In this document: piece by piece, positions 42,605 through 51,421 of the stretch
How the letters are laid out: every line of letters starts with the position of its first letter
How positions within the stretch are numbered: position 1 is the stretch's first letter
NCBI GenBank assembly: GCA_003279605.1
Contig: QCHF01000001.1
Location: 474,075 to 538,074 of the forward strand
Direction of reading: 5' to 3'
DNA from: SAR86 cluster bacterium AG-390-O18
Lineage (GTDB): Bacteria > Pseudomonadota > Gammaproteobacteria > Magnimaribacterales > AG-339-G14
Length of the DNA stretch: 64,000 nucleotides
Program-made: the position numbers and the translations under genes
Notes under the pieces: model-generated
What the model was told of the DNA's origin: nothing
What the model saw: the letters and a program-made list of their open reading frames with translations, nothing else
Database searches by the model: none

Positions 42605-43741
42605 ATGTCATTAGTTTTGAATGAGGAACAAGTCTTTCTAAAAGACAGTGCTAAAAAATTTGCAACAGAAAAAACCCCTACTACTCATTTTCGTGAAGTT
42701 AGGGATAGTGAAATTGAAAACTGTTACGACGATAAAATTTGGCAGGAAATGGTATCACTTGGGTGGACCGGTATTTTAGTTCCTGAAGAATTTGGTGGCT
42801 CTAATTTTGGAGTAGCCGGTATATCATCTATTTTAGAAGAGCTTGGCAGAACACTTACTCCTTCACCTTTATTTTCAACGGCAGTAGTTGGAGTTAGTTT
42901 AATTAAACATGCAAATGTTGATGTAAAGAAAGACATTCTTTCAAAAGTTGTACAAGAAGGTCTCAGACTTTGCTTTGCCATCGAAGAAAGCAACCATCAT
43001 GACCTTCTAAAAATATCTTGTGAAGCCAAAAAAGAAGGAAAAAACTTCAATATTTCAGGTGAAAAGTCCTTTGTTATTGATGGTGGTTTTGCAGATAAAG
43101 TCATTATTGCCTGTAGGACTTCTGGAGAAGAGGGCAAAAAGGACGGACTGTCTCTTTTTGTTTTGGATGCTGATTCTAAAGGTTTAACTATTACGCCTAC
43201 AAAGATGGTGGATTCTAGAAACGCAGCAAATATGAAATTCGATAATGTAAAAGTATCTTCAGACATGTTAATTGGCAAAGAAGGTGATGCTTATGAAATT
43301 ATTGAATCTGTATTGGATATTTCTAGATCTGCAATTTCTGCGGAAATGTTAGGTAGCGCTCTTCAAGCATACGAGATTACTATTGATTACTTAAAAGAAA
43401 GAGAACAATTTGGGTCAAAAATTGGTTCCTTTCAAGCTCTTCAGCACAGAGCGGCAATTATGTTTTCTGAATTAGAACTATGTAAGTCATGTGTTATCGA
43501 ATCAATTACTTCCTTCGATGAGGGGGGAAATGATTCTGAAAGATTGGCAAGTCTTTCAAAAGCTAAAGTTGGAGAAGTATTTCATTTAATTTCAAATGAA
43601 TCAGTTCAAATGCATGGTGGAATAGGTGTTACTGATGAATACGATATTGGACTTTACCTAAAAAGAGCTAGAGTAGCTGAGCAAATTTTTGGAGATTCTA
43701 ATTTTCACAAAAATAGATATGCTGAATTAACTGGCTATTAA
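42605..43741 (+). CDS. Acyl-CoA dehydrogenase family protein lacking the catalytic base, putative beta subunit
   Basis: 378 aa. MHGGIGVTDEYDIGLYLKRARVAEQIFGDS aligns to [28 protein letters not shown], which places Phe where the catalytic Glu belongs. The IVD-type alternative position (LDISRS versus LDLERL) is Ser. Confidence 0.8.
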   Translation: MSLVLNEEQVFLKDSAKKFATEKTPTTHFREVRDSEIENCYDDKIWQEMVSLGWTGILVPEEFGGSNFGVAGISSILEELGRTLTPSPLFSTAVVGVSLIKHANVDVKKDILSKVVQEGLRLCFAIEESNHHDLLKISCEAKKEGKNFNISGEKSFVIDGGFADKVIIACRTSGEEGKKDGLSLFVLDADSKGLTITPTKMVDSRNAANMKFDNVKVSSDMLIGKEGDAYEIIESVLDISRSAISAEMLGSALQAYEITIDYLKEREQFGSKIGSFQALQHRAAIMFSELELCKSCVIESITSFDEGGNDSERLASLSKAKVGEVFHLISNESVQMHGGIGVTDEYDIGLYLKRARVAEQIFGDSNFHKNRYAELTGY

Positions 43742-43749
43742 ATTCAATT

Positions 43750-44133
43750 GTGGATGAGAATAAAACGGAAAAACTTCTTAAAATTATATCTGAATTAAGA
43801 GATCCAATTACTGGATGTGAATGGACTAAATCTCAAACTTCAAAAACCCTCCTCCCTTTTATATTAGAAGAAGCTAAAGAAGTTATTAATGCTTTTGAAA
43901 AGGAAGATAACGAAAATCTCAAAGAAGAATTGGGCGATCTTCTTTTGCAAATAGTTCTCCAGAGTAAAATTGCTGAAGAAAATAAACTATTTTCTTTTAA
44001 TGAAGTAATTGATAACTTATGTGAAAAACTGATTAGAAGACATCCTTATGTTTTTCATGATAAAAGGCCTCATACAATTGAAGAACAAAGAGAAGCATAT
44101 TTTAAGATTAAAGATTTAGAGAAGGCAAAGTGA
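43750..44133 (+). CDS. MazG-like nucleoside triphosphate pyrophosphohydrolase (single-domain)
   Basis: 127 aa with a GTG start. EEAKEV...EELGDLLLQIV (ExxE...ExxD) metal-binding helices. Confidence 0.7.
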   Translation: MDENKTEKLLKIISELRDPITGCEWTKSQTSKTLLPFILEEAKEVINAFEKEDNENLKEELGDLLLQIVLQSKIAEENKLFSFNEVIDNLCEKLIRRHPYVFHDKRPHTIEEQREAYFKIKDLEKAK

Positions 44134-45011
44134 AGTTTTTACTTGAAAATTTAATAGGAATAACATCTATTTCCATTTTGGTTTTGAATACTGTCATCTT
44201 GTCGTGTTTGTTAATACCTTTGGGAATAATTAAATTTTTATTACCAGTTACAACCCTAAAAGTATTATTCACCAAATTTATTATTAAAATCGGTGAGTTA
44301 TGGATTTTCACGAATAAAATTTGGGTAAAAGCTTTGCACAATCCGAAATGGCAAATTATCGGTAAAGAAAATATTAAGTCTAATGGTTGGACAATAGCGA
44401 CTTCGAATCATCAATCATTTGCGGATATATTTCTTCTTCAAGATATCACTAATAGAAAGATGCCTATGCTTAAATTTTTTATGAAATATGTTCTTATTTA
44501 TGTTCCAGTTATAGGTCTTTCTTGGTGGGCTTTAGATATGCCTTTTTTAAAAAGGTATACAAAAAAACAACTGGAAAAGAATCCCAAGATAGCTGGAAAA
44601 GATGTGAAAGAAATGAAAAGAGCTTTGAAACATTACGCTCTTTATCCTGTTACTGTATTTAGTTTTGCTGAAGGAACAAGATTTACTCTAAAAAAACATC
44701 TCAATCAAAATAGCCCCTTCAAGAATCTTTTAAAGCCCAAAGAAGGAGGTTTAGCAACAGCTTTGAGCCTTGTAAGTAAAATTGATTCTTTAGTTGATTT
44801 TACGATCAAGTTTGATTCAAAAAAAAGAAGTTTTTGGGATTATCTTTGTGGAAGAATGAATTCAGCAAAAATTATCATCAAAGATATAAAAGTTCCAAAA
44901 AAATTTCTTGATGAAAATTTATTAGACAACCAAGCTTTAAGATCTGAATTCAAGGAATGGGTAAATTCAGTGTGGATGGAAAAAGACCTATTGCTCACTA
45001 ATAGAGACTAA
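44130..45011 (+). CDS. Lysophospholipid/1-acylglycerol-3-phosphate acyltransferase family protein (YihG-like)
   Basis: 293 aa. GTG start in a GTGA overlap with the preceding stop. N-terminal TM segments, HX4D motif NHQSFAD, and FAEGTR. Confidence 0.7.
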   Translation: MKFLLENLIGITSISILVLNTVILSCLLIPLGIIKFLLPVTTLKVLFTKFIIKIGELWIFTNKIWVKALHNPKWQIIGKENIKSNGWTIATSNHQSFADIFLLQDITNRKMPMLKFFMKYVLIYVPVIGLSWWALDMPFLKRYTKKQLEKNPKIAGKDVKEMKRALKHYALYPVTVFSFAEGTRFTLKKHLNQNSPFKNLLKPKEGGLATALSLVSKIDSLVDFTIKFDSKKRSFWDYLCGRMNSAKIIIKDIKVPKKFLDENLLDNQALRSEFKEWVNSVWMEKDLLLTNRD

Positions 45012-45015
45012 ATCC

Positions 45016-47055
45016 ATGATATTCAAATTAAATAAATTTCTTGTTCTTTTAATTTTCTTTTTAGCTTCGCTTAATCTTTTAAGTGAAGAATCTTTGAAGC
45101 CAAAGAACGAATATAGTTTAGTTATAAATGAAATAATCCAAATTCTTGATCGAAATCATTTTAAAAAGAATATTAAAATTAATGAACAGAGAGTTATTGA
45201 TAACTTTTTGGTAAATTTAGATAAAGAAAAAACTGTATTCACTTCTGGAGATTTAAACTCATATTCGACTAAATTTAAGAATATTTATAACTTAGACGAA
45301 ATATTTAGAATTTACGAAAATTATTCAAATAGATCGCTTGAACTGATTGGCTATCAAAAAGAGGTAGTTAATTTGATAAATGCTTCAAATGACTTAAATA
45401 CAACAGAATTTATTAAAAAAAGTAGAGAAAACGAAAAAAGATTCAATTCTTTAGATGCTATCAAAAATTATCATGCTCTTTTAATAAAAAATGAATTTAT
45501 AAACATTCTTTTATCGAGTGATGACTTTGAAAGCTCTAAGTTAAAACTTCTCAAAAGACTCAAAAATAGGGTAAAAAGTTTAAAAAGAATTAAGTCAGAC
45601 GATATCTTTTCTTTGTATACAAATTCAATTACCTCTCTTTATGACCCTCATACAAATTATTTATCTCCAAAGTCTCAAGAGGACTTTGAGATAAACATGA
45701 GTCTTTCTCTTGAGGGTATTGGAGCAATTTTGTCTACAGAAGATGGTATTACCAAAATAGTCAGATTAATTCCAGGAGGGCCTGCTGATAAATCAGGCCT
45801 CTTGAAGGTTAATGACAAAATTGTAGGGGTAGCTTCTCAACCAGAAAATGATATAGAAGATGTTAGAGATTGGAGAATCGATGAGGTGGTTCGACTTATT
45901 AGAGGTCCAAAGAATACCAAAGTAAGGCTTGAAGTTATTCCCAATTCTTCTCCGGATGACGTCTTAGGCAGAGTGATTGAAATTACTAGAGGATTGGTAA
46001 AACTAGAAGATCAAGCAGCAAAGAAAAAGAAGGTAGAGATATATAGACCAAATAAATCTTACAATATTGGGGTAATAGACTTACCTGCCTTTTATATGGA
46101 CTTTGATGCGTTTAGTAGAAATCAATTTAACTATAAAAGCAGTTCAAAAGACGTCAGGAACCTTTTAAGAGAATTAAAAGATGAACAGGTAGATGGGGTA
46201 ATTCTTGATTTAAGAGGAAATTCTGGCGGTTCTTTATATGAAGCTTACTCTCTTGCAAAGCTTTTTATTGGAAAAGGAAGTATCGTTCAAGTAATGGAGT
46301 CGAATGGCTCGGTTCAGCCTTTAGGTCATACAAGAGGGATTCAAAACTATGAAGGACCGGTTATGGTTTTAGTGGATAAACTAAGTGCCTCGGCTTCGGA
46401 AATTCTTGCAGGAGCTTTTCAAGATTACAAAAGAGGATTAATAGTGGGCTCAAATACTTTCGGTAAAGGGACTGTTCAACGACTGGAAAATCTCACCTAT
46501 GGACAACTAAAATTTACAGAACAGAAGTTTTATAGAGTCTCCGGAAAAAGCACCCAAAATTTAGGAATTATCCCTGATATTAACCTACCTTATGTTTTTG
46601 ATAGTGAAGAAGTTGGGGAAATGGCTCTTGAAAACTCTCTTCCTTATGACAATATTTCATCTTTAGAGTATGAACCTTTTAATTCAACTTCAAATATCGA
46701 GATGATTCAAAGTTTCTCAAAAAAAAGAGTATCCGATTCAAATTTGCATGAGTACATTAAAGATCAAAAAACTCAAAGCAAAAACGAAATAGATAAAAAA
46801 TTGATTCCCGTAAATTATTTAGTGAGAAAATCTGAAAAAAGAGCTCAAGAAGAAAAAAGACTATTCATTGAAAATAGATTCAGAGTTTCTGTTGGTTTAA
46901 AGCCCTATTTAAATTTTCAAGAGTTTTTAGATGCTGATCCTGAAGAATTGAAAGAGTTTTCCGAGAAAATGGTTTTAGAGGAAGCTGCCAGAATATTAAT
47001 TGATCAAATTAATTTTAATAAACCAAAAAGGCTCTCCAGTTCAGACTTCAGATGA
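45016..47055 (+). CDS. prc: Carboxy-terminal (tail-specific) processing protease, S41 family
   Basis: 679 aa. Signal peptide, PDZ region, DLRGNSGGSL, SASASEIL and FGKGTVQ (Ser/Lys dyad region). Confidence 0.88.
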   Translation: MIFKLNKFLVLLIFFLASLNLLSEESLKPKNEYSLVINEIIQILDRNHFKKNIKINEQRVIDNFLVNLDKEKTVFTSGDLNSYSTKFKNIYNLDEIFRIYENYSNRSLELIGYQKEVVNLINASNDLNTTEFIKKSRENEKRFNSLDAIKNYHALLIKNEFINILLSSDDFESSKLKLLKRLKNRVKSLKRIKSDDIFSLYTNSITSLYDPHTNYLSPKSQEDFEINMSLSLEGIGAILSTEDGITKIVRLIPGGPADKSGLLKVNDKIVGVASQPENDIEDVRDWRIDEVVRLIRGPKNTKVRLEVIPNSSPDDVLGRVIEITRGLVKLEDQAAKKKKVEIYRPNKSYNIGVIDLPAFYMDFDAFSRNQFNYKSSSKDVRNLLRELKDEQVDGVILDLRGNSGGSLYEAYSLAKLFIGKGSIVQVMESNGSVQPLGHTRGIQNYEGPVMVLVDKLSASASEILAGAFQDYKRGLIVGSNTFGKGTVQRLENLTYGQLKFTEQKFYRVSGKSTQNLGIIPDINLPYVFDSEEVGEMALENSLPYDNISSLEYEPFNSTSNIEMIQSFSKKRVSDSNLHEYIKDQKTQSKNEIDKKLIPVNYLVRKSEKRAQEEKRLFIENRFRVSVGLKPYLNFQEFLDADPEELKEFSEKMVLEEAARILIDQINFNKPKRLSSSDFR

Positions 47056-47864
47056 AAATTTTTTCCTTCAATGTAAATGGCTTAAGAGCAAGGCTACACC
47101 AGATGAGTGCTTTAATTGATAAGCATTCGCCTGACATTATTTGCCTACAAGAGACAAAAGTAGACAATGTAAATTATCCCATGGAGAGCATAAATGAACT
47201 CGGTTACAAAGCGATAATAAATGGTCAAAAAGGACATTATGGAGTATCAACCCTTTACAAATCTGAACCTTTAGATTTTCAAATAGGCTTCCCCACAGAC
47301 AAAGAAGACGCACAATGTAGGCTAATTTCTTCAAGACACAAGTTTTCTACTCAAGAAGTAACCATTATCAATGGGTATTTCCCCCAAGGAGAAAGCAGAG
47401 ATAATCCAAAAAAATTTCCTTACAAAGAAAAGTTTTTTAAGGACTTGATGATCTATTTAAATGAGAATTTTACTCCAGAAGACAATATTATTATCTTGGG
47501 AGACCTAAATATTTCTCCAGAAGATATTGATATAGGCATTGGAGAAAACAATAGAAAAAGATGGCTAGCAACAGGAAAATGTAGCTTCCTGCCTGAAGAG
47601 AGAGAATGGTTAGAAAAAATAAAGACTTGGGGATTTTTTGATTCTTATAGAAAATTTTTCCCAGATTCTAATGATAAGTTCAGCTGGTTTGATTATCGCA
47701 GTAGAGGGTTTGATGATCATCCAAAAAGAGGTCTGAGAATTGATCATCTATGGTTAACAAAACCTCTTTTAGAGATGGCAATTGAATCTGAAATAGATTA
47801 TGAAATAAGAGGTATGGAAAAGCCTTCCGATCATGCTCCAGTTTGGACTGAATTTAAAATCTAA
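47052..47864 (+). CDS. xthA: Exodeoxyribonuclease III
   Basis: 270 aa. LQETK, GDLNISP and SDHAPV motifs. ATGA overlap with the prc stop. Confidence 0.92.
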   Translation: MKIFSFNVNGLRARLHQMSALIDKHSPDIICLQETKVDNVNYPMESINELGYKAIINGQKGHYGVSTLYKSEPLDFQIGFPTDKEDAQCRLISSRHKFSTQEVTIINGYFPQGESRDNPKKFPYKEKFFKDLMIYLNENFTPEDNIIILGDLNISPEDIDIGIGENNRKRWLATGKCSFLPEEREWLEKIKTWGFFDSYRKFFPDSNDKFSWFDYRSRGFDDHPKRGLRIDHLWLTKPLLEMAIESEIDYEIRGMEKPSDHAPVWTEFKI

Positions 47865-48328
47865 TTTCTTCTTTCTTGAAAAAATTTTTTTAATAACACA
47901 GAACTTTCGGTTGCAAGGATTCCACTTGAAACTGAAATTTTATGGTTGAAGAAACTTTCATCTTGTAGATTCAAATTATTAATGACCACTCCTGATTTTT
48001 GGTCTTCTGTAGCAAAGATTAATCTATCTATTCGGGCATGAATGCATGCACCAAAACACATCAAACAAGGCTCTAAGGTAACGTAGAGACTAGCTCCATT
48101 AAGTCTATAGTTATCTACTGTTTTTGCTGCATCTCTGAGCACATTCATTTCTGCATGGCAAGAAGGATCATTTTTGCTTATTGATTGGTTATGCGAACGA
48201 GAGATTACTTCATCGTCTTTGACTAAAACCGCTCCAACCGGAACTTCTTTTTTTGAATAAGCCAGTTTGGCTTCATCCAAAGCCAATTTCATATAAAAAA
48301 AGTCTTTTTCAGATTGTACGTTATTCAA
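47861..48328 (-). CDS. tadA: tRNA adenosine(34) deaminase
   Basis: 155 aa. HAEMNVL and PCLMCFGA zinc motifs. Confidence 0.9.
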   Translation of the reverse strand: MNNVQSEKDFFYMKLALDEAKLAYSKKEVPVGAVLVKDDEVISRSHNQSISKNDPSCHAEMNVLRDAAKTVDNYRLNGASLYVTLEPCLMCFGACIHARIDRLIFATEDQKSGVVINNLNLQDESFFNHKISVSSGILATESSVLLKKFFQERRN

Positions 48329-48704
48329 GTATCTTTTTAATCATCTGGATAGATGATTCCATTCCATCTGAAATTAATTTTTCAAACTCATCAGGTTCAA
48401 CTTCGGAAGTCCAAACTAGTTTTGAAAAGTTATTTTCTTCAAAAACTGTAACTGTGGCTAAATGGTGACTGAGAGGTGCTGGCGATTTTATGACGCTATA
48501 AGTCAATGATTTATTTGCCTGATCCTTTTCAATGATTTTTTCTTTAATTTCTCCAACGCCATCCATTTTGAAAGTCCTTACGTCATTTTCAAGAACAATT
48601 TCGTTTGCAAAAGGCACCCAATCAGATCTCGTAACATCTGCAAACAGTTCCCAAAGTGAATCGGCTGAACATTTAATCTGTTTTTCTATTCTAATTTTTT
48701 TCAT
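48321..48704 (-). CDS. SRPBCC (START/Bet v1-like) small ligand-binding protein
   Basis: 127 aa. Typical SRPBCC pattern (N-terminal ...SADSLWELFAD...W, beta-rich core, C-terminal helix). Overlaps the upstream phosphotransferase gene by 14 bp. Confidence 0.5.
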   Translation of the reverse strand: MKKIRIEKQIKCSADSLWELFADVTRSDWVPFANEIVLENDVRTFKMDGVGEIKEKIIEKDQANKSLTYSVIKSPAPLSHHLATVTVFEENNFSKLVWTSEVEPDEFEKLISDGMESSIQMIKKILE

Positions 48705-49761
48705 TAAATTCCTGTCTTAAGTAATTTGATACGTGATTATTGACGTGAAAATCGCTATCTAAAGGCATTGTTTCATTATGAATTAGTTTTTTTGCAACTC
48801 TAATCATTATCACAGAAAATTTAAATAGACATAATATTCGGTAATAAAAGAAATTGTCAGCTGAATAGCCAGTATTTTCTTCCCAAAATTTTATTGCTTC
48901 TTCATTTGAAATCGAACCTGGAAGCTTTTCAACGTTTAATCCATGGCTACTAACATCGTCAGTAGTAAGTCCCCAAGCTAAATCACACAATGGATCTCCA
49001 ATGGTTGCCATCTCCCAGTCAAGTAAACTCTTTACCTGAAAATCTTCAAAAAGTACGTTTCCTATCCTTGAGTCTCCCCAACAAAGTTTTTTTGGATTTG
49101 GGTTCAAAGGAAGATTTTCAGATAACCAAAGAAGAACTTCTTCTAAAAATGCATTCGCTTCTCCATCCATGCCCCATTCCATGAATGATTTGTAGTATTG
49201 AAGATCAGAATGAAGATGAGAGCTTTCATTGCTTCTCTTATCGATCATACTCAATTCTAAATCCTCATAATTTATTTTATGAAAAGATGCTAAGTTTTCT
49301 AACCAACCTAACCAAACTGATCTAATTTGATCTGGAGAAGCTCTCCCCATCATACCTTCAGGATCCATATGGTATGGCGGATTATCAGAAGGTGCCTCTC
49401 CGCTGACATATTTCATGACATAAAATTCTGATCCAATGATTTCTTCATTTTGTTCAGAAAATAAAATTTCCGGTACAGGAAATTTAAGTTGTTTTAATTG
49501 ATTCATGATTTCGACTTGCAACCCAAGATCATATTCAGGAAATACTTGAAAACCGGTTGGCTTTATTCTCAAGACTATATCTTCATCAATGTTTTTCCCT
49601 GAGATTTTGCAAGAGAAAGTTTCATTTGAAAAACCGCTCGCTTCTGATGATTCGTGCGGCTGGATAGAAATATTTTGTTTCTTATAACGCTCTTTTGTTT
49701 CGAGCCAGCTTTTAAAAATTGATAATTTTTTTTGGAAATTTTTTTCTGAAGAAACAGGCAT
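48691..49761 (-). CDS. Phosphotransferase (APH/ChoK-like kinase) family protein
   Basis: 356 aa. Catalytic-loop-like CWGDSRIGNVLF and DWEMATIGDPLCDLAW motifs. Confidence 0.75.
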   Translation of the reverse strand: MPVSSEKNFQKKLSIFKSWLETKERYKKQNISIQPHESSEASGFSNETFSCKISGKNIDEDIVLRIKPTGFQVFPEYDLGLQVEIMNQLKQLKFPVPEILFSEQNEEIIGSEFYVMKYVSGEAPSDNPPYHMDPEGMMGRASPDQIRSVWLGWLENLASFHKINYEDLELSMIDKRSNESSHLHSDLQYYKSFMEWGMDGEANAFLEEVLLWLSENLPLNPNPKKLCWGDSRIGNVLFEDFQVKSLLDWEMATIGDPLCDLAWGLTTDDVSSHGLNVEKLPGSISNEEAIKFWEENTGYSADNFFYYRILCLFKFSVIMIRVAKKLIHNETMPLDSDFHVNNHVSNYLRQEFNEKN

Positions 49762-49763
49762 TA

Positions 49764-50447
49764 TTAGGGTTTATCGAAAAGGTCTTTAAACCCACTAGGC
49801 TCGTGAGGCCCCAAAAATAATTGTTCTAAAACACCTCGACCTTGAAACTCTTTGTCTGGAGTCTTAAGCTTAACTTCACACAGTGATTGAATATGAAGAA
49901 ATGGCGGGTCTTGTGGATCATCATTTAAATCATAGGTGTCATAGTGAGTTTCTAATTCTCCTTTGAATTGGCCATGGCCCCAATCAGGATGCATGTACCC
50001 TAAACCACACATAAACATATTCACTTTAGGCGTAATTTGAAATTCAAATAAATCTTCTTGTGCAGTTTTTAAGTTCAAAGCTAACGATTCAACTCTTCTT
50101 GTTTTAGGCTTATAAGAAATAGACTTTTGATGTGAAACAAAATTGGATTGTTCTTTTCCGTCATCGAATTGAATTTTTGCGAAAGCATTATCAGCTTCTC
50201 CTTTTTCGTTATCTATGTAATAAATATGTGTAGCTAACTCATCAAAATGAACAGGAGCCCAAAGCCAAAAAAATTGGGGCATTTCAAAAGGCACCATTGG
50301 TTGACTATCCCCTGCACCTACAGGTCTAACACCCCAAGATCTATCTCTGGTTCCTATAAACTCTTTTGGCGATATTTTGATAACTTCATCTTTTATTTTA
50401 ATTTCCCCTGACCAATTTCCATGCTGTGTCAGCCTGCAAGTATCCAT
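49764..50447 (-). CDS. Uncharacterised conserved protein, C-terminal portion (227 aa) of an apparently split gene
   Basis: The ORF lies in the +1 frame relative to the upstream 132-aa ORF. No SD precedes its ATG. Contains DRSWGVRP, FFWLWAPVHFDE and MHPDWGHGQFKGE. See the findings. Confidence 0.5.
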   Translation of the reverse strand: MDTCRLTQHGNWSGEIKIKDEVIKISPKEFIGTRDRSWGVRPVGAGDSQPMVPFEMPQFFWLWAPVHFDELATHIYYIDNEKGEADNAFAKIQFDDGKEQSNFVSHQKSISYKPKTRRVESLALNLKTAQEDLFEFQITPKVNMFMCGLGYMHPDWGHGQFKGELETHYDTYDLNDDPQDPPFLHIQSLCEVKLKTPDKEFQGRGVLEQLFLGPHEPSGFKDLFDKP

Positions 50448-50463
50448 TATTTTTCTAGGGCCA

Positions 50464-50862
50464 TTAAAAAAGAGTCATATTTGGCTCCTGCATGGGCTCA
50501 AATCTTTTAGCAAATTGTAGCTTTGCAGTAATATCTGAATCATTTTTTGAAACTTCAACGGAAAGCTTTTCTAGAGGCTCAAGAACTTTAACTTCTATTG
50601 GACCTACTTTTGTATTAAGTCTTTCAAGGCCTAAGATTCTTGAAGATCTAATATTATGTTGCTTTCCATCAACTGCTAAAGTGAAAGAAGCATCCATGAT
50701 ATTCAAGTTAGGATACAAACATAGTACGGCAGCAAAATAAAAATCTTCTTTTTTTGAATATCCATTAAAAAAATAACGATCATAGAAGTTTCTCTCTGTG
50801 CCAACTTCTGAAATAGGATGAGGTAGTTGGTGAATTGGATAGTCGTCTGCCTTAGTGATCAT
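50464..50862 (-). CDS. Uncharacterised conserved protein, N-terminal portion (132 aa) of an apparently split gene
   Basis: Ends ...ACT CTT TTT TAA at a T6 run on the coding strand (plus-strand A6 at 50466..50471). See the findings. Confidence 0.5.
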   Translation of the reverse strand: MITKADDYPIHQLPHPISEVGTERNFYDRYFFNGYSKKEDFYFAAVLCLYPNLNIMDASFTLAVDGKQHNIRSSRILGLERLNTKVGPIEVKVLEPLEKLSVEVSKNDSDITAKLQFAKRFEPMQEPNMTLF

Positions 50863-50875
50863 CTTTTTGATTTAA

Positions 50876-51418
50876 TTATTTAGAAAAACTCATCGAAGCT
50901 ATATCAATTTCCATATCAAAATCTCTTCCAGAAGCCTCAACGCCAATAAGTTTTATTTTTTTAGGGTTAAGATTTCTTTTTTTAGGATTATTATTACTGT
51001 ATCGGATGAATTCAGTAAATTCAATTTCAAAATCTTGCCATTCATCTGTGACTTCAAATTCACCTAGATATCTCACCCAAGGAAAGATCGAGCCTTTGGT
51101 TTTTATATGGATAAAATATTTTTCGTTATTTCCCCTTGCTTTGAATTTTACTTTAGAAAAGTTACTTAAATTGTTTGCATTAATTTCTTTCCTAAACATT
51201 AGAAATCCTCCGCCATCAGTAGAAACATTTCCTTTTGCAGAGATAAAATCAAAATTTTGATTTGTAAATTCTTTTAACGACATGGAGCCATCGGATTTAC
51301 CTCCCATAACCTGATCCTTTATAAAGCGCCAAGCATCTATATCGATATCTTTTTTAGGAAGAATTTCAAAAGAAAGCATGTTAAAAGATAAAAAGATTAA
51401 TAAACAATATTTCAGCAT
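50876..51418 (-). CDS. CIA30-domain family protein with signal peptide
   Basis: 180 aa. W..IKDQVMGGKSDG, STDGGGF and ARGNNEKYFIHIKT follow the CIA30 domain pattern. Confidence 0.55.
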   Translation of the reverse strand: MLKYCLLIFLSFNMLSFEILPKKDIDIDAWRFIKDQVMGGKSDGSMSLKEFTNQNFDFISAKGNVSTDGGGFLMFRKEINANNLSNFSKVKFKARGNNEKYFIHIKTKGSIFPWVRYLGEFEVTDEWQDFEIEFTEFIRYSNNNPKKRNLNPKKIKLIGVEASGRDFDMEIDIASMSFSK

Positions 51419-51421
51419 AAT

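Noticed and set aside
44108-44341. 77-aa minus-strand ORF overlapping the mazG-like/acyltransferase junction
   Set aside because: It is antisense to the N-terminal TM region of the acyltransferase. I found no SD or promoter context and no recognisable family.
50440-50500. RF2-style stimulatory Shine-Dalgarno upstream of the frameshift site
   Set aside because: An AGGAG is present (CAG GAG CCA...), but it ends 15 nt before the slip codon UUU (12 nt before CUU). In prfB the spacing is about 3 nt. It does not support a programmed event, so I kept the frameshift as an open question only.
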